From Coriobacteriia bacterium (GTDB lineage Bacteria; Actinomycetota; Coriobacteriia; Coriobacteriales; UBA8131), in NCBI GenBank assembly GCA_009784945.1, contig WQXH01000003.1, positions 14,773 to 78,772 of the forward strand: a stretch of DNA of 64,000 nucleotides, given 5' to 3'. Below are positions 41,421-51,370 of the stretch, in pieces. How positions within the stretch are numbered: position 1 is the stretch's first letter; every line of letters begins with the position of its first letter. The position numbers were made by a program, and so were the translations under genes. The notes below the pieces were generated by a model. It saw nothing but the letters and a program-made list of their open reading frames with translations, did not search any database and was not told the DNA's origin.

Positions 41421-41932
41421 TTTTTGCTCTCCTCGTTGCTCACCAGTCGAAGGGCGTTTGTCACGCAAAAGGCTACGCAACGAGGCGAGCCATTGGGCAG
41501 GTATGAGCAAAGATCGCACTTGACTGCGCAGGCGTACACACCTATCTCCCACTGGAGAATGGGGCTTGCAGAAGCGGGAAAGCTGGGGGTATAGTAGCCC
41601 ACGCCAGCTACTCCGGTAGTTGGCGTGCCACCAACGTGCATGGCACCAAAGGGGCAGGCAATGGCACAGAGCTTGCAGCCTATGCAGCGCTTTTCGTCGA
41701 CCCTCACGCAGCCCAAGTCATCGCTACTGATGGCATCAATGGGGCAGACCTTGAGGCAGGGAGCCTCAACGCAGTGATGGCAGGTAATGGCAGCAACAAC
41801 CTCGCGCGTTTCAAAAAGAGTAATGCGAGGCTCGCCTTGCAGGCCAGCTCGCTTATGCCCCTCAGTGCACACGGCCATGCAGGTTCCGCAGGCTATGCAC
41901 CGGCTTGGTTCTATGGAAACATGGCGACTCAA
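41417..41932 (-). CDS. hyfA: 4Fe-4S electron transfer subunit HyfA/HycB
   Basis: CIACGTCMAVC, CHHCVEAPCLKVCP, CIGCKLCAIACP, KCDLC. Confidence 0.88.
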   Translation of the reverse strand: MSRHVSIEPSRCIACGTCMAVCTEGHKRAGLQGEPRITLFETREVVAAITCHHCVEAPCLKVCPIDAISSDDLGCVRVDEKRCIGCKLCAIACPFGAMHVGGTPTTGVAGVGYYTPSFPASASPILQWEIGVYACAVKCDLCSYLPNGSPRCVAFCVTNALRLVSNEESKK

Positions 41933-44145
41933 GCTGAGCCTCCAAAAGAGTTAAGGCCACTGTCTTTTTGCGCAGCAGTAGAGCCAAACTGTGCCGCCGC
42001 CTCACCAGCGAGCAGCTCTTTCATCTTCATATAGGACTCCATAGCATAGCGCTCTGCCCAGACCTGATCGTCAATGACCTCTATTTGACAGGCTGAGTAT
42101 TTGTCTTCTGGCGTAGCAGCCTTGTCGTCCACCGCATGGATGGTCAGTTCGTTGCACTTGCCTATCCACCATTGGTAGGTCATATAGATGGTGCCCTCGT
42201 TTACTCGAGAATCAATCTCGGCGCGGGTAATTATTTTGCCACGACGAGAGAAGACCCAGATTAAGTCATCTTGCTTGATTCCTCGTCTGCCAGCATCAAC
42301 AGGGTTAACGTGGGCATAGCCTGGCTCTTCGGCCAGCTTGGACAAAGCCCTGCAATTGCCGGTCATGGATCTGCACGAGTAATGTCCCACTTCGCGTACC
42401 GTGCAAAGGATGAGGGGGTACTGCTCGCAGGGCATCTCGGTAGGTTGCTCAAAGTCGCTTGCGTAAAGACGCGCTCGCCCATCGGGTTTGTTGAAGTTTC
42501 CGCCGAGGTGTAGGTCGGGAGTGCCAGGATGATCCAGGCTGGGGACGGGCCACTGAAGAGACCCAAGCCCCTCTAAGCGCTCGTAGCTTGCACCGTAGGC
42601 TCTCTCCCAAAGGGCGCGCATTTCGTTATCCCAGATTTCTTCGGTGTTTTGGTAGCTCATGGGGTGACCCATGCGCGTTGACAAGTCTTGGATGATGTCC
42701 CAGTCGTGCCTGCACTCGCCCTTGGGGGGCAGCGCAGCACTAAAACGTTGGAATCTCCGGTCGCTTGCACTAAAGGTGCCTTCATGTTCTCCCCAAGAGG
42801 TGGCAGGCAAGATGACATCTGCCGCAAGGCAAGTCTGTGTCATGAAGATGTCCTGGCAAATGAAGATGTCCAGTTGGCGCAGCTGGCGTTCCAGTTTGTT
42901 GGTATCCGGCTCGGTTTGCAGGGGGTCTTCGCCCATGTTGTAGAAGGCGTGCACCTTGCCTTCTTCAATCAAGCTGCCAATGTTAGAGACTTTGTAGCCT
43001 ACATGGCCTGAGAGCTTTTCTACGGGCACGCTCCAGGCCTTTGCAAACTTCTCTCGTGCTTCTAAGCTGGTAATTGGTTGATAGCCAGGGAAGATATGTG
43101 GCAGGCAGCCCGTATCGCACGAGCCCTGCACGTTGTTCTGCCCGCGTACGGGGGCAACACCCGAGTTAGGCTTACCAATCTGTCCAGATATGCAGGCGAT
43201 GGCTGCAATGGCGTGCACCGACTCTACGTTTTGCTTTTGTTGGGTAACGCCCATACCCCAGCAAAGCACCGCTGAGGGCTTAGCCGTTGCATACATACGA
43301 GCAGCCTCGCGCATCAGCTGGGGCGCAATGCCCGTAACGGCCTCGGTACGCTCAGGGGTGTACTGCTCAACAATCTTCCACCAGTCGTCAAAGCCAACCG
43401 TGTGATTGTCGATGAACTGTTGGTCATGGAGACCCTCGGTGACAATGGCATTTGCAAAAGTATTGAGAAAGGCAAGATTGGTGCCGTTGTTAAGCGGCAG
43501 GTAGATGTTGGCAATGCGCGCAGTTTCGATGAAACGCGGATCACCCACGATAATCCTGGCTCCCTTCTCTTTGGCTTTGACGATGCGTCTGGCCACTACA
43601 GGATGCGAGGTATTGGGGTTATAACCAAACAGGAAGAGGCACCCGGCATCTTCTAAGCCAGGTATACTACAACTCATTGCCCCTTCTCCTAACGTGTTCA
43701 TCAGACCGACGACAGAAGGAGCGTGTCAAGTGCGGGCACAGTTATCTATGTTGTTTGTTCCTATACAAGCACGGGTAAAACGCTGCATAATGAGATTGGC
43801 TTCATTGCCAGGGCCGCGTGAAGAGCCCGTGGTCATGACTGCATCAGGCCCATGCTTGTCAATGATGGCAAGCAGCTTTTCTGCTACGAAGTTAAGCGCA
43901 TTATCCCAGCTTACCCGCTGCAAGGGAGCCCCTTTGACAGGACGGAGCATGGGGTGATAGAGCCGTGGCGTAAGGATCTTCGTATCGTTAAGAAAGTCGT
44001 AGCCACAAAGACCCTTGAGGCAAAGGTTACCCTCATTGGTATGCCCGTCCAGTGGCTCAACGCCTACCACCACGCCGTTGTCTACGAGCAGGTTAAGCTT
44101 ACACCCTGTTCCGCAATAGGGACACACCGCCATATGCTTTTGCAC
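41929..44145 (-). CDS. fdhF: Formate dehydrogenase H, selenocysteine-containing (joins ORFs 43726-44145 and 41929-43701)
   Basis: CPYCGTGC...LCLKG; NNIDNCART-[TGA 43728-43726]-HAPSVVGLMNTLGEGAMS continues in frame; RGQNNVQG; RBS aaggagg. Confidence 0.95.
43681..43725 (-). promoter_or_regulatory. Putative bacterial SECIS element
   Basis: After UGA: cacgcu-ccuucu-g-ucguc-ggucu-gauga-acacguuagg-agaagg; loop resembles the E. coli fdhF SECIS GGUCU. Confidence 0.7.
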
Positions 44146-44208
44146 TCATGCCTCCTTTTATGATTTCGCCGCAGCTGCTAAACTGGTAAATCAGGTACAT
44201 TTATTTCG

Positions 44209-44238
44209 TGAGTATACTATAGCCAGAAATACGCTTGC
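44209..44238 (-). promoter_or_regulatory. Putative fdhF-hyfABC promoter
   Basis: Minus strand gcaagc-N6-ctggctatagTATACTca, about 65 bp before the fdhF start. Confidence 0.6.
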
Positions 44239-44315
44239 CAAGGCTACCATTTTCCAGATACTTGCCCAAAGGCAAAGAAGGCACAGTCTGTGCGCTGACT
44301 TGAGGGATTCCTTTA

Positions 44316-44684
44316 TTAGGTAGCGCGCTGCACCTCGGCGCCAAAGGGCATTAAGGCAAGCTTGGCGAGCTTAAAGCACTGCATGCCAAAGGGGATGCCG
44401 ACAATGGTGATACAAAAAACGCAACCCACAATGAGAGCCTCAAGCGCAAGGATTGCGCCACCAAAGATAACCCAAAGAATGTTAAGGATTAATGAGGGAG
44501 CACCTCCGCCATACTCAACCTCTTTTTTGAAGGGAAAAAATGCCAGTCCAGCCATCTTAAAGCACTGCTTGCCAACGGGGATTCCGATGATGGTGATGCA
44601 CCACAGCGCACCAACTATTATCCAGCTGAGCCCCATTGGCAGTCCGCCAAATATAAACCAGAGAATGTTTCCAAGTGTGCGCAT
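44316..44684 (-). CDS. YccF-domain inner membrane protein
   Basis: Duplicated NILW..FGG...CITI(I/V)GIP.G.QCFK. Confidence 0.92.
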   Translation of the reverse strand: MRTLGNILWFIFGGLPMGLSWIIVGALWCITIIGIPVGKQCFKMAGLAFFPFKKEVEYGGGAPSLILNILWVIFGGAILALEALIVGCVFCITIVGIPFGMQCFKLAKLALMPFGAEVQRAT

Positions 44685-44770
44685 ACTAAAACCTTTCTCG
44701 CTTGTTACAGGGGATTCCACGCCCGTTGTTGTTTGCAGATCCTCTATGCAGCACGCTTCTTTTGAAGCGC

Positions 44771-45919
44771 TTAGCGCTCTATTACCTCAACCGAGCTGCC
44801 TTCGAGGCGAAGCGTAAGTTTGCCCTCAAGCAGCTTAAGCAGCTCTGCACCTACCAGCTTGTAGCGCCAGCCAGTAAGTATTCTCAGACCCTCGCGCTCT
44901 CCATTTGCCAGGCGAATCAGTTCATCTTTATTGACAAGCATGGAGGCAGTTACCTGGTTATCACGAGAACGCTGATTAACCAGCGTGCGCAACAGATCGT
45001 TGGCTGCAGCGTTGCTTTGAGCCCTAAAGGAGGGCTGATTGCGCTTGGGCAGCCGCTCTGGGGGCATTTCCAGGCCACGCAAAACAGCAGAAAGTATTTC
45101 GTTGCCCCAGTGGCTGCCGAGCTGGCTCTCGGCTCCTCTCAGGCTAAATAACTCGTCAAGACAAAGGGGCGAGAGCCGGGCAATCTCAAGAACAAGTTCG
45201 TCGGATAAGATGCGCTTTCTTGGTAGGTCACGACTTTTAGCAATAGTGTCTCGGGCGGCCGCCACCTCTACGAGCACTCCAAGCTGAGCAGAGCTGAGGG
45301 ACGAAGAATGCTTTATCTTGCGCCAGGATTGCTCAGGGTGCACTTGATAACGCTTTGTGTCTCCCAGTGCGGCAAAATCCTCCTCGAGCCACTCCAAGCG
45401 CCCAAGCTGCTCCAGCTGGTCATACATGCTCGAATAAATTCGTGGTAGATAGCGCACGTCGTCAAGCGCATATTCGATTTGCGAGTGGGCAAGAGGGCGC
45501 GAGTTCCAGTTGCTGAGAGAGACCGTTTTGGCAAGCCGGACCTTTGAAAACTCCCTTACCAGCGTACGAAGAGAAGACTGCTGAGGCATACCCAAGAGCT
45601 CAGCTGCCAGTTGTATGTCAAAAAGTGGCTGTGGAATCAAGGAGAGGTGATGATATATGATTTCTATGTCTTGCTCGGCGGCATGAAACACTTTGATGAT
45701 GCGCTCAGAAAGAAACAGATCTTTGAGGGGAGAGAGATTGGTGAGCGCCAAAGGGTCAACGATGACAGATCGTTTGGGAGTAGCCAATTGCACAAGGCAA
45801 AGCTGCGGAAAGAAGGAACGCTCGCGAATAAATTCGGTATCCACGGCCAGTACAGTAGCTAAACTGGCCTCCTCAACAAACGACAAAAGCTTTGCGGGGG
45901 TATCGAGATAATCTTGCAC
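44771..45919 (-). CDS. rnd: Ribonuclease D
   Basis: AVDTEFIRERSFFPQLCLVQ, KVFHAAEQD, YALDDVRYL, HRDC domain. Confidence 0.93.
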   Translation of the reverse strand: MQDYLDTPAKLLSFVEEASLATVLAVDTEFIRERSFFPQLCLVQLATPKRSVIVDPLALTNLSPLKDLFLSERIIKVFHAAEQDIEIIYHHLSLIPQPLFDIQLAAELLGMPQQSSLRTLVREFSKVRLAKTVSLSNWNSRPLAHSQIEYALDDVRYLPRIYSSMYDQLEQLGRLEWLEEDFAALGDTKRYQVHPEQSWRKIKHSSSLSSAQLGVLVEVAAARDTIAKSRDLPRKRILSDELVLEIARLSPLCLDELFSLRGAESQLGSHWGNEILSAVLRGLEMPPERLPKRNQPSFRAQSNAAANDLLRTLVNQRSRDNQVTASMLVNKDELIRLANGEREGLRILTGWRYKLVGAELLKLLEGKLTLRLEGSSVEVIER

Positions 45920-45923
45920 TGCG

Positions 45924-47006
45924 TCATCTTTCTATATCTAGTAAAGCTTGAGCAATCTCTGCACTGCTCATTCCAGGCTTTTGCAGCTCGGCAGACTGAT
46001 CTCCTTTCTCAGAGTTTGGAGACCCTTGGTCTGCATGAGCTTCATAGATCCACGTCTTTGCATCTGCGATTAACGGCAGATCTTCGTGTTGATGCACGAT
46101 AGCTTCAGCTCGCTGCACCTTTCCATTATGACTTATTGACGACAGCAATGCATCACCAGTTAGTAAATCGCTACTTGCCTTGGGTGTTATCTGATGTAAT
46201 TCGCCTGGAAGAACCCGGGGGTTATGGTAGCTGGTGTGCACGCGTCCCGATGTGCTAATGGCAGATGCAGGACACCAGTGTACACAGGCGAGGCAGGCTT
46301 CGCACTTATTGGAGCGAATGGGCGCCACGGGCACAGAGCCCTCCAAGTTCAACTGAATGTTTTGTGCAGGGCACACCAAGACGCAGATACCGCAACCATT
46401 ACAACGCTTATGAATGCGAAAAAGGATATGCTTCCTGCGAAACTCAGCAAAGTGACGCACAGCCCAGGCAAGAAGCTTGTTAGCGCGAGGAAAGTAATTT
46501 TCTTGACGATACGAAATTGCTGTGGCTATCACTTCAAGTTGTCGCTCCATCTCATCCAGGCGTTTGCAGATGGTTGCCTGCGAAGGGCTCACCAGTCCAA
46601 CGTTTCCCATCATACGTACATTGGCTGTGTAGTTGAGAGCAGCGCCTCTGGAAACGAGTAGTTCGTCTATATCCCAAAACTCATTGGATCCAAAGAGCGA
46701 GTAGTTAGAAACTGCAAAGTAGTAGCAGTCTGGATTGATAGGCATAGACTGAATAAAACCGCGTAGCATTTCGGGGATGGTGGCTCGTTGAACCGGAAAA
46801 ACAAAACCAAGCACCTCTGCTCCGCGAGCGGCAATATAAGGGTCTTTATTGACCAGTGAGCCGGGTATCGAGACCGGGTCGCCAACACCTAGCTCCTTGG
46901 CTAGATGGTTGGCAACAACAAGGCTGTTACCAGTGGCACTAAAGTAGTATATGGCAGTCTTACTCATAGACTCAAACCAAGCGATGCTCTCTCGATTATC
47001 CTGCAT
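45924..47006 (-). CDS. EFR1-type flavodoxin-ferredoxin fusion (start may be 46967)
   Basis: YYFSATGNS; CNGCGICVLVCP; CEACLACVHWCP; long C-terminal tail. Confidence 0.85.
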   Translation of the reverse strand: MQDNRESIAWFESMSKTAIYYFSATGNSLVVANHLAKELGVGDPVSIPGSLVNKDPYIAARGAEVLGFVFPVQRATIPEMLRGFIQSMPINPDCYYFAVSNYSLFGSNEFWDIDELLVSRGAALNYTANVRMMGNVGLVSPSQATICKRLDEMERQLEVIATAISYRQENYFPRANKLLAWAVRHFAEFRRKHILFRIHKRCNGCGICVLVCPAQNIQLNLEGSVPVAPIRSNKCEACLACVHWCPASAISTSGRVHTSYHNPRVLPGELHQITPKASSDLLTGDALLSSISHNGKVQRAEAIVHQHEDLPLIADAKTWIYEAHADQGSPNSEKGDQSAELQKPGMSSAEIAQALLDIER

Positions 47007-47297
47007 TGGCCATTAACGAGGTGACACTAGTACCGACGCAACCGGTAGACGTAACTTGTGGACGTAACCTGTGAAGCAAGGGCGAGGCTTGTGCCCTAGC
47101 CAAGACCACGGTACCCGATGTATCGGTTGTCATTTGGGTACATCTGCGCCAGGCGGTGTGTGCGCAATCGTAAGCGGTACGCACAAGGAGACAAAAACCA
47201 AAGACAAAGGGCAAAATGTTGGCAAAAGAGATACCTTGATAGATAATGGACTCCAGCCAAACTTTTGTAATAAGAGTAAAGGGAGTTCCGGTGCATA

Positions 47298-48578
47298 ATG
47301 AGCCACTATGAGTCAAGCAAAAAAATCAGCGCAGAAGAAGCTACCAATACCATCTTAGGCTTTGCCAAGGCGCTTGAGCCCGAGCGCGTTCCTATGCTAC
47401 AGGCAAGGGGAAGGGTACTGGCCAAAGATATCGCAAGCGATATTGACATTGCCCCCTTTGATAACTCAGCGATGGATGGCTATGCTCTTTTGGCATCTGA
47501 CACTGCCAATGCCAGTCCTGAGCACCCCGTGAGCCTGAGAGTCGTGGGAGCAATAGGAGCCGGCAGTGTTTTTAGCGGCACGTTGCAAGGGGGGCAGGCC
47601 GTGCGTATTATGACTGGCGCTATGCTGCCTGCTGGAGCGGATGCGGTGGTGATGATAGAGCATGTTGAGCTCGTTGATGCGTCTCTCCAAAAGCCAGAGG
47701 GTGTTCAAATCATATTGACCAAGAGGGCTGAGTCGGGCTTGAATGTGCGGCTCAAAGGCGAAGAAGTTTGTTGCGGAGAAGTGCTGCTTGGGGCAGGCAC
47801 TGTGCTCACTGCTGCCGGTATAGGACTCTTGGCAGCCACCGGCAATACGCACGTAGAGCTCATCAGACGTCCGCGCGTAGCCATACTTTCAACAGGCAGC
47901 GAGCTGGTGGATCCAGGCGAGCTTCCCGAGCCAGGAAAAATACGCAATTCTAACTGCTTTTCGCTTTCTGCGGCGGTGAGTGCCGCCGGGGGAGAGCCCC
48001 ATATCTTAGGTATTATCAAAGACGACAAGGACGAGATTTGCGCGGCAGTGCAAAAGGCTGTGGCAGCACACGATATGGTGCTTATTAGCGGCGGCGCTGC
48101 CGGCGGCGATTATGACTACGGCTATCAGGTCTTAAGTGAGCTTGGTACGGTGCACTTTCGTAAGATCAACATGCGTCCTGGCAAGGCACAGACTTTCAGC
48201 ATTATTGACGACACCATTGTTGTAGGGCTTGCAGGAAACCCTGCAGCCGCCCTGGTAGGCTTTGAGGTATTACTGCGTCCGGCTCTGCGCTTTATGCAGG
48301 GCTATAAAAAGATCAAGCGGCCAATAACGAAAGCGCGTCTTGCGGCCGATACCTTCAAGCCGGACTCCCGGCGATTTTATATCAGAGCTCGCGTTGAGTA
48401 CGACAAAGAAACAGGCGAGCATGTGGTTGCGCCCGAGCAACACCAATCCTCCGCCTTGCTCGGTGCCATGCAAAACGCTAACTGCCTGGTAGTGTTACAA
48501 GAAGGGCTCACCGGCAGTCTTAAGAACGAACTCGTTACCTGCCTCAGGCTCGACATTGACGAAGGCGTGGTAATCTAG
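47298..48578 (+). CDS. moeA: Molybdopterin molybdenumtransferase
   Basis: PFDNSAMDGYA, RIMTGA, STGSEL, MRPGK, GNP. Confidence 0.95.
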   Translation: MSHYESSKKISAEEATNTILGFAKALEPERVPMLQARGRVLAKDIASDIDIAPFDNSAMDGYALLASDTANASPEHPVSLRVVGAIGAGSVFSGTLQGGQAVRIMTGAMLPAGADAVVMIEHVELVDASLQKPEGVQIILTKRAESGLNVRLKGEEVCCGEVLLGAGTVLTAAGIGLLAATGNTHVELIRRPRVAILSTGSELVDPGELPEPGKIRNSNCFSLSAAVSAAGGEPHILGIIKDDKDEICAAVQKAVAAHDMVLISGGAAGGDYDYGYQVLSELGTVHFRKINMRPGKAQTFSIIDDTIVVGLAGNPAAALVGFEVLLRPALRFMQGYKKIKRPITKARLAADTFKPDSRRFYIRARVEYDKETGEHVVAPEQHQSSALLGAMQNANCLVVLQEGLTGSLKNELVTCLRLDIDEGVVI

Positions 48579-48602
48579 TACCAGCTAAAAGGGAGCACCC
48601 AA

Positions 48603-49613
48603 GTGTCTTTTGACCAACATGGCAGAACCATAGACTACCTGCGTATTTCGGTTACCGATCGATGTAATCTGCGCTGCCTGTACTGCATGCCAGAAGAGGG
48701 TGTGCCATCCAAATCTCACGACTCCATGCTCAGCCTCGAAGAGATTGCCAGCTTTGCCAGGATAGCAGCAGGCGAGGGATTTAAGCGTATCAGGCTCACG
48801 GGCGGGGAGCCACTGGTGCGCTTGGGAATAGAAGAGCTGGTGACCAAGCTGAGAGCAATACCGGGCGTAGAGTCCATTGCAATGACCACCAATGGGATAC
48901 TTCTTCCCAAGATGGCCAAAAAACTCAAGGAGGCGGGTCTCAGTCGAGTCAATATCTCTCTTGACACACTCGACCCAGACCAGTATCACCACATTACACG
49001 CTGGGGAAACATCAAAGAAGTGCATAGAGGTATAGACACTGCGCTCGAGCTTGGCTTTAGGCCTGTCAAGATCAATGTTGTAGTTGTGAGAAGTCTTGAC
49101 CAAGATCTCCTGGCCTTTGTTCGTATGAGCTTGGACAGACCGCTGCATGTGAGATTCATCGAGTATATGCCTGTGGGAGGCTCGTTGGGCAACGAAGGCC
49201 TTGGTTGGACAAAGGAAGATACAATTCCCAACGAAGAGCTCATCGCTCTCATCAATCAAAAGACGCAAGAGGGTGGACTTGGTGCTCTGGAGCCCTTGTC
49301 TCAGCAAAGTGAGACTCCTACCGGGTGGGGTCCAGCGCGGTATTACCAACTCAAGGGAGCTAAGGGCACCGTTGGGTTTATCTCGGCCTTAAGCAGGCAC
49401 TTCTGTAGCGAATGCAATCGCATGCGCCTGACGGTGGACGGGCAGCTTTTGCCCTGCCTCTTCAGTAATACGAGCTACGATGTCAAAGCCGCCTTGCGCA
49501 GCCAAGACCTCGATGCGGTGGGTCAGGTTTTGCGCAAGGCGCTCGCCAGCAAACCAAGCGAGCACCACCATAAAGTTGGCACAGAGCACTACATGAGCCA
49601 AATAGGAGGCTAA
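48603..49613 (+). CDS. moaA: GTP 3',8-cyclase
   Basis: RISVTDRCNLRCLYCMP, RLTGGEP, FCSECNRMR...PCL, C-terminal IGG. Confidence 0.96.
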   Translation: MSFDQHGRTIDYLRISVTDRCNLRCLYCMPEEGVPSKSHDSMLSLEEIASFARIAAGEGFKRIRLTGGEPLVRLGIEELVTKLRAIPGVESIAMTTNGILLPKMAKKLKEAGLSRVNISLDTLDPDQYHHITRWGNIKEVHRGIDTALELGFRPVKINVVVVRSLDQDLLAFVRMSLDRPLHVRFIEYMPVGGSLGNEGLGWTKEDTIPNEELIALINQKTQEGGLGALEPLSQQSETPTGWGPARYYQLKGAKGTVGFISALSRHFCSECNRMRLTVDGQLLPCLFSNTSYDVKAALRSQDLDAVGQVLRKALASKPSEHHHKVGTEHYMSQIGG

Positions 49614-49628
49614 CAGTTGGGAGAGAAT

Positions 49629-50126
49629 ATGAACGAACTGACACACATAAATTCTAAGGGTGAGGCTCGCATGGTGGACGTAGGTCAAAAAGATGAAACC
49701 AGTCGCCAAGCTATTGCCGAGGGCTTCATTTGTATGCAGCCTAAGACCCTTGCCATGATTGTGGAGGGCAGTGCGGCAAAGGGTGATGTGCTTGCCTGCG
49801 CCCGTATTGCTGCAATCATGGGCTCAAAACGCACCGCTGATCTTATCCCCATGTGCCACCCTCTCAATATCACTCAAAGCAGCGTAGAGCTTACTCCCTA
49901 TGCTCCCTCAGAGCACCCCGATGGTCTCGTGGGTATACACGTTGAAGCTACCCTGGGTGTAAGTGGCAAGACAGGAATCGAGATGGAAGCGCTTACTGCG
50001 GTGAGTGTGGCCTGCCTCACCATCTATGATATGTGCAAGGCGGTTGACAGGGGCATGGAGATAGGCACTATTAGGCTCACCCATAAAGAAGGTGGAAAAT
50101 CCGGCACCTGGAGTAGAGGAGGCTAG
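49629..50126 (+). CDS. moaC: Cyclic pyranopterin monophosphate synthase
   Basis: LTH...[32 protein letters not shown]. Confidence 0.96.
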   Translation: MNELTHINSKGEARMVDVGQKDETSRQAIAEGFICMQPKTLAMIVEGSAAKGDVLACARIAAIMGSKRTADLIPMCHPLNITQSSVELTPYAPSEHPDGLVGIHVEATLGVSGKTGIEMEALTAVSVACLTIYDMCKAVDRGMEIGTIRLTHKEGGKSGTWSRGG

Positions 50127-50130
50127 CTGT

Positions 50131-50598
50131 ATGAAACTCTCTATAGCTATTATTACCTGCTCTTCTACCCGCAAACTTGCTGATGATACCGCGGGGGCTG
50201 CGCTTGCCCAGCGCATCAAAGCGCAAGGTTGGACGGTTGGTGCCCACATCGTTGTTCCCGATAAGCGTGATAGGATCTCGCAGGCAATCGTAGACGCCTC
50301 TGGAAAAAGCAATATTGTGCTTACCTGCGGGGGGAGCGGACTCTCGCTGAGCGATGTTACCCCCGAGGCCACTGCCGATGTGTGCGAGCGCAACGTACCC
50401 GGCATAGTTGAGGCCATGCGAGCAGCCAGCATGGAAAAGACGCGCAGAGCCATGCTCTCTCGCGCTGTTTGCATGCAACGCGGCTCCACCCTGGTGGTAA
50501 ACCTCCCCGGCAGCCTCAAAGCTGCCACCGAATGCTTTGATGCAATTTATGACCAGTTTGAACATGCCGTAGAGATGACCTCCGACCTCGGCCACTAG
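50131..50598 (+). CDS. MogA/MoaB molybdopterin adenylyltransferase family
   Basis: TCGGSGLSLSDVTPEAT, LSRA, NLPGS. Confidence 0.9.
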   Translation: MKLSIAIITCSSTRKLADDTAGAALAQRIKAQGWTVGAHIVVPDKRDRISQAIVDASGKSNIVLTCGGSGLSLSDVTPEATADVCERNVPGIVEAMRAASMEKTRRAMLSRAVCMQRGSTLVVNLPGSLKAATECFDAIYDQFEHAVEMTSDLGH

Positions 50599-50653
50599 CA
50601 ATCTTCATCGTGACAAGTTAATCATCCCATGCGCCTGTGACACCCAGGCGAGG

Positions 50654-50794
50654 GATTGAAGTGTGCTCAAAAACCGTCACTGCTCACACTCTGTCCGTCA
50701 TTGCGGCCTCCGAGCCGCAATCTTACCAACATGAATTATTGATTCCGGGTCAAGCCCGGAATGGCGATGGATAGATTGAAGTGTGCTCAAAAAC
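50654..50794. mobile_element. Palindromic element (copy B) flanked by 21-bp direct repeats
   Basis: gattgaagtgtgctcaaaaac at 50654-50674 and 50774-50794 around a copy of the 38272 element. Confidence 0.75.
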
Positions 50795-50802
50795 TGTGCT
50801 AG

Positions 50803-50854
50803 GTGGAAAAAAAGGGTATAGAGTGTTGATTTGTGGAAGAGAGTGGTATAGAAT
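50803..50854 (+). promoter_or_regulatory. MraZ-binding boxes and dcw promoter
   Basis: GTGG-like boxes at exact 10-bp period (50803, 50813, 50823, 50833, 50843) followed by TAGAAT. Confidence 0.75.
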
Positions 50855-50906
50855 TGTAAGCCACAAGCTGCTCAGGAAGCAATAACTACAACCAGGAGAC
50901 GAATAC

Positions 50907-51362
50907 GTGGCAGGACTCAAAGGCAGATATGAAGGTAAGGTTGATGCCAAGGGTCGTGTGTCTATTCCCTCTAAATGCCGCAAATTGCTTCCCGGGCAGC
51001 TTGTAGTTGCCAAGCATCCCAACAAGGACTTGCCGGCACTCGTAGTATACCTGGAACAAGGCTACGATGCATGGTTTGACAAGCTTTTGGAGTCTAAGGG
51101 AGGGGAGCGTGCCAACGACGCACTGCAAGACGAGCTTATCGACGAATTCTACTCGGATGCACAAGATGCGATGCCCGATGACCTGGGGCGTATCACCATC
51201 CCGCTCTTTTTGCGTGAGTATGCTGGCATTAAGCAAGACGTGGTAATCACTGGTGCTCGAGATCACTTGATTATTCGCACACCAGAGACTCTTGCGCAAT
51301 ATCGCGAGCGTTTTGCAGGCAACATGGTGTACGACAAACCCGCCACAGTCCAAGAAGGCTGA
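50907..51362 (+). CDS. mraZ: Transcriptional regulator MraZ
   Basis: Two DxxGR motifs (VDAKGRV, DDLGRI); upstream of rsmH. Confidence 0.92.
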   Translation: MAGLKGRYEGKVDAKGRVSIPSKCRKLLPGQLVVAKHPNKDLPALVVYLEQGYDAWFDKLLESKGGERANDALQDELIDEFYSDAQDAMPDDLGRITIPLFLREYAGIKQDVVITGARDHLIIRTPETLAQYRERFAGNMVYDKPATVQEG

Positions 51363-51370
51363 GGCGCACC

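Noticed and set aside
43726-44145. fdhF as a pseudogene or two genes
   Set aside because: The stop is TGA at the catalytic Sec position, the frame continues, and a SECIS-like hairpin follows.
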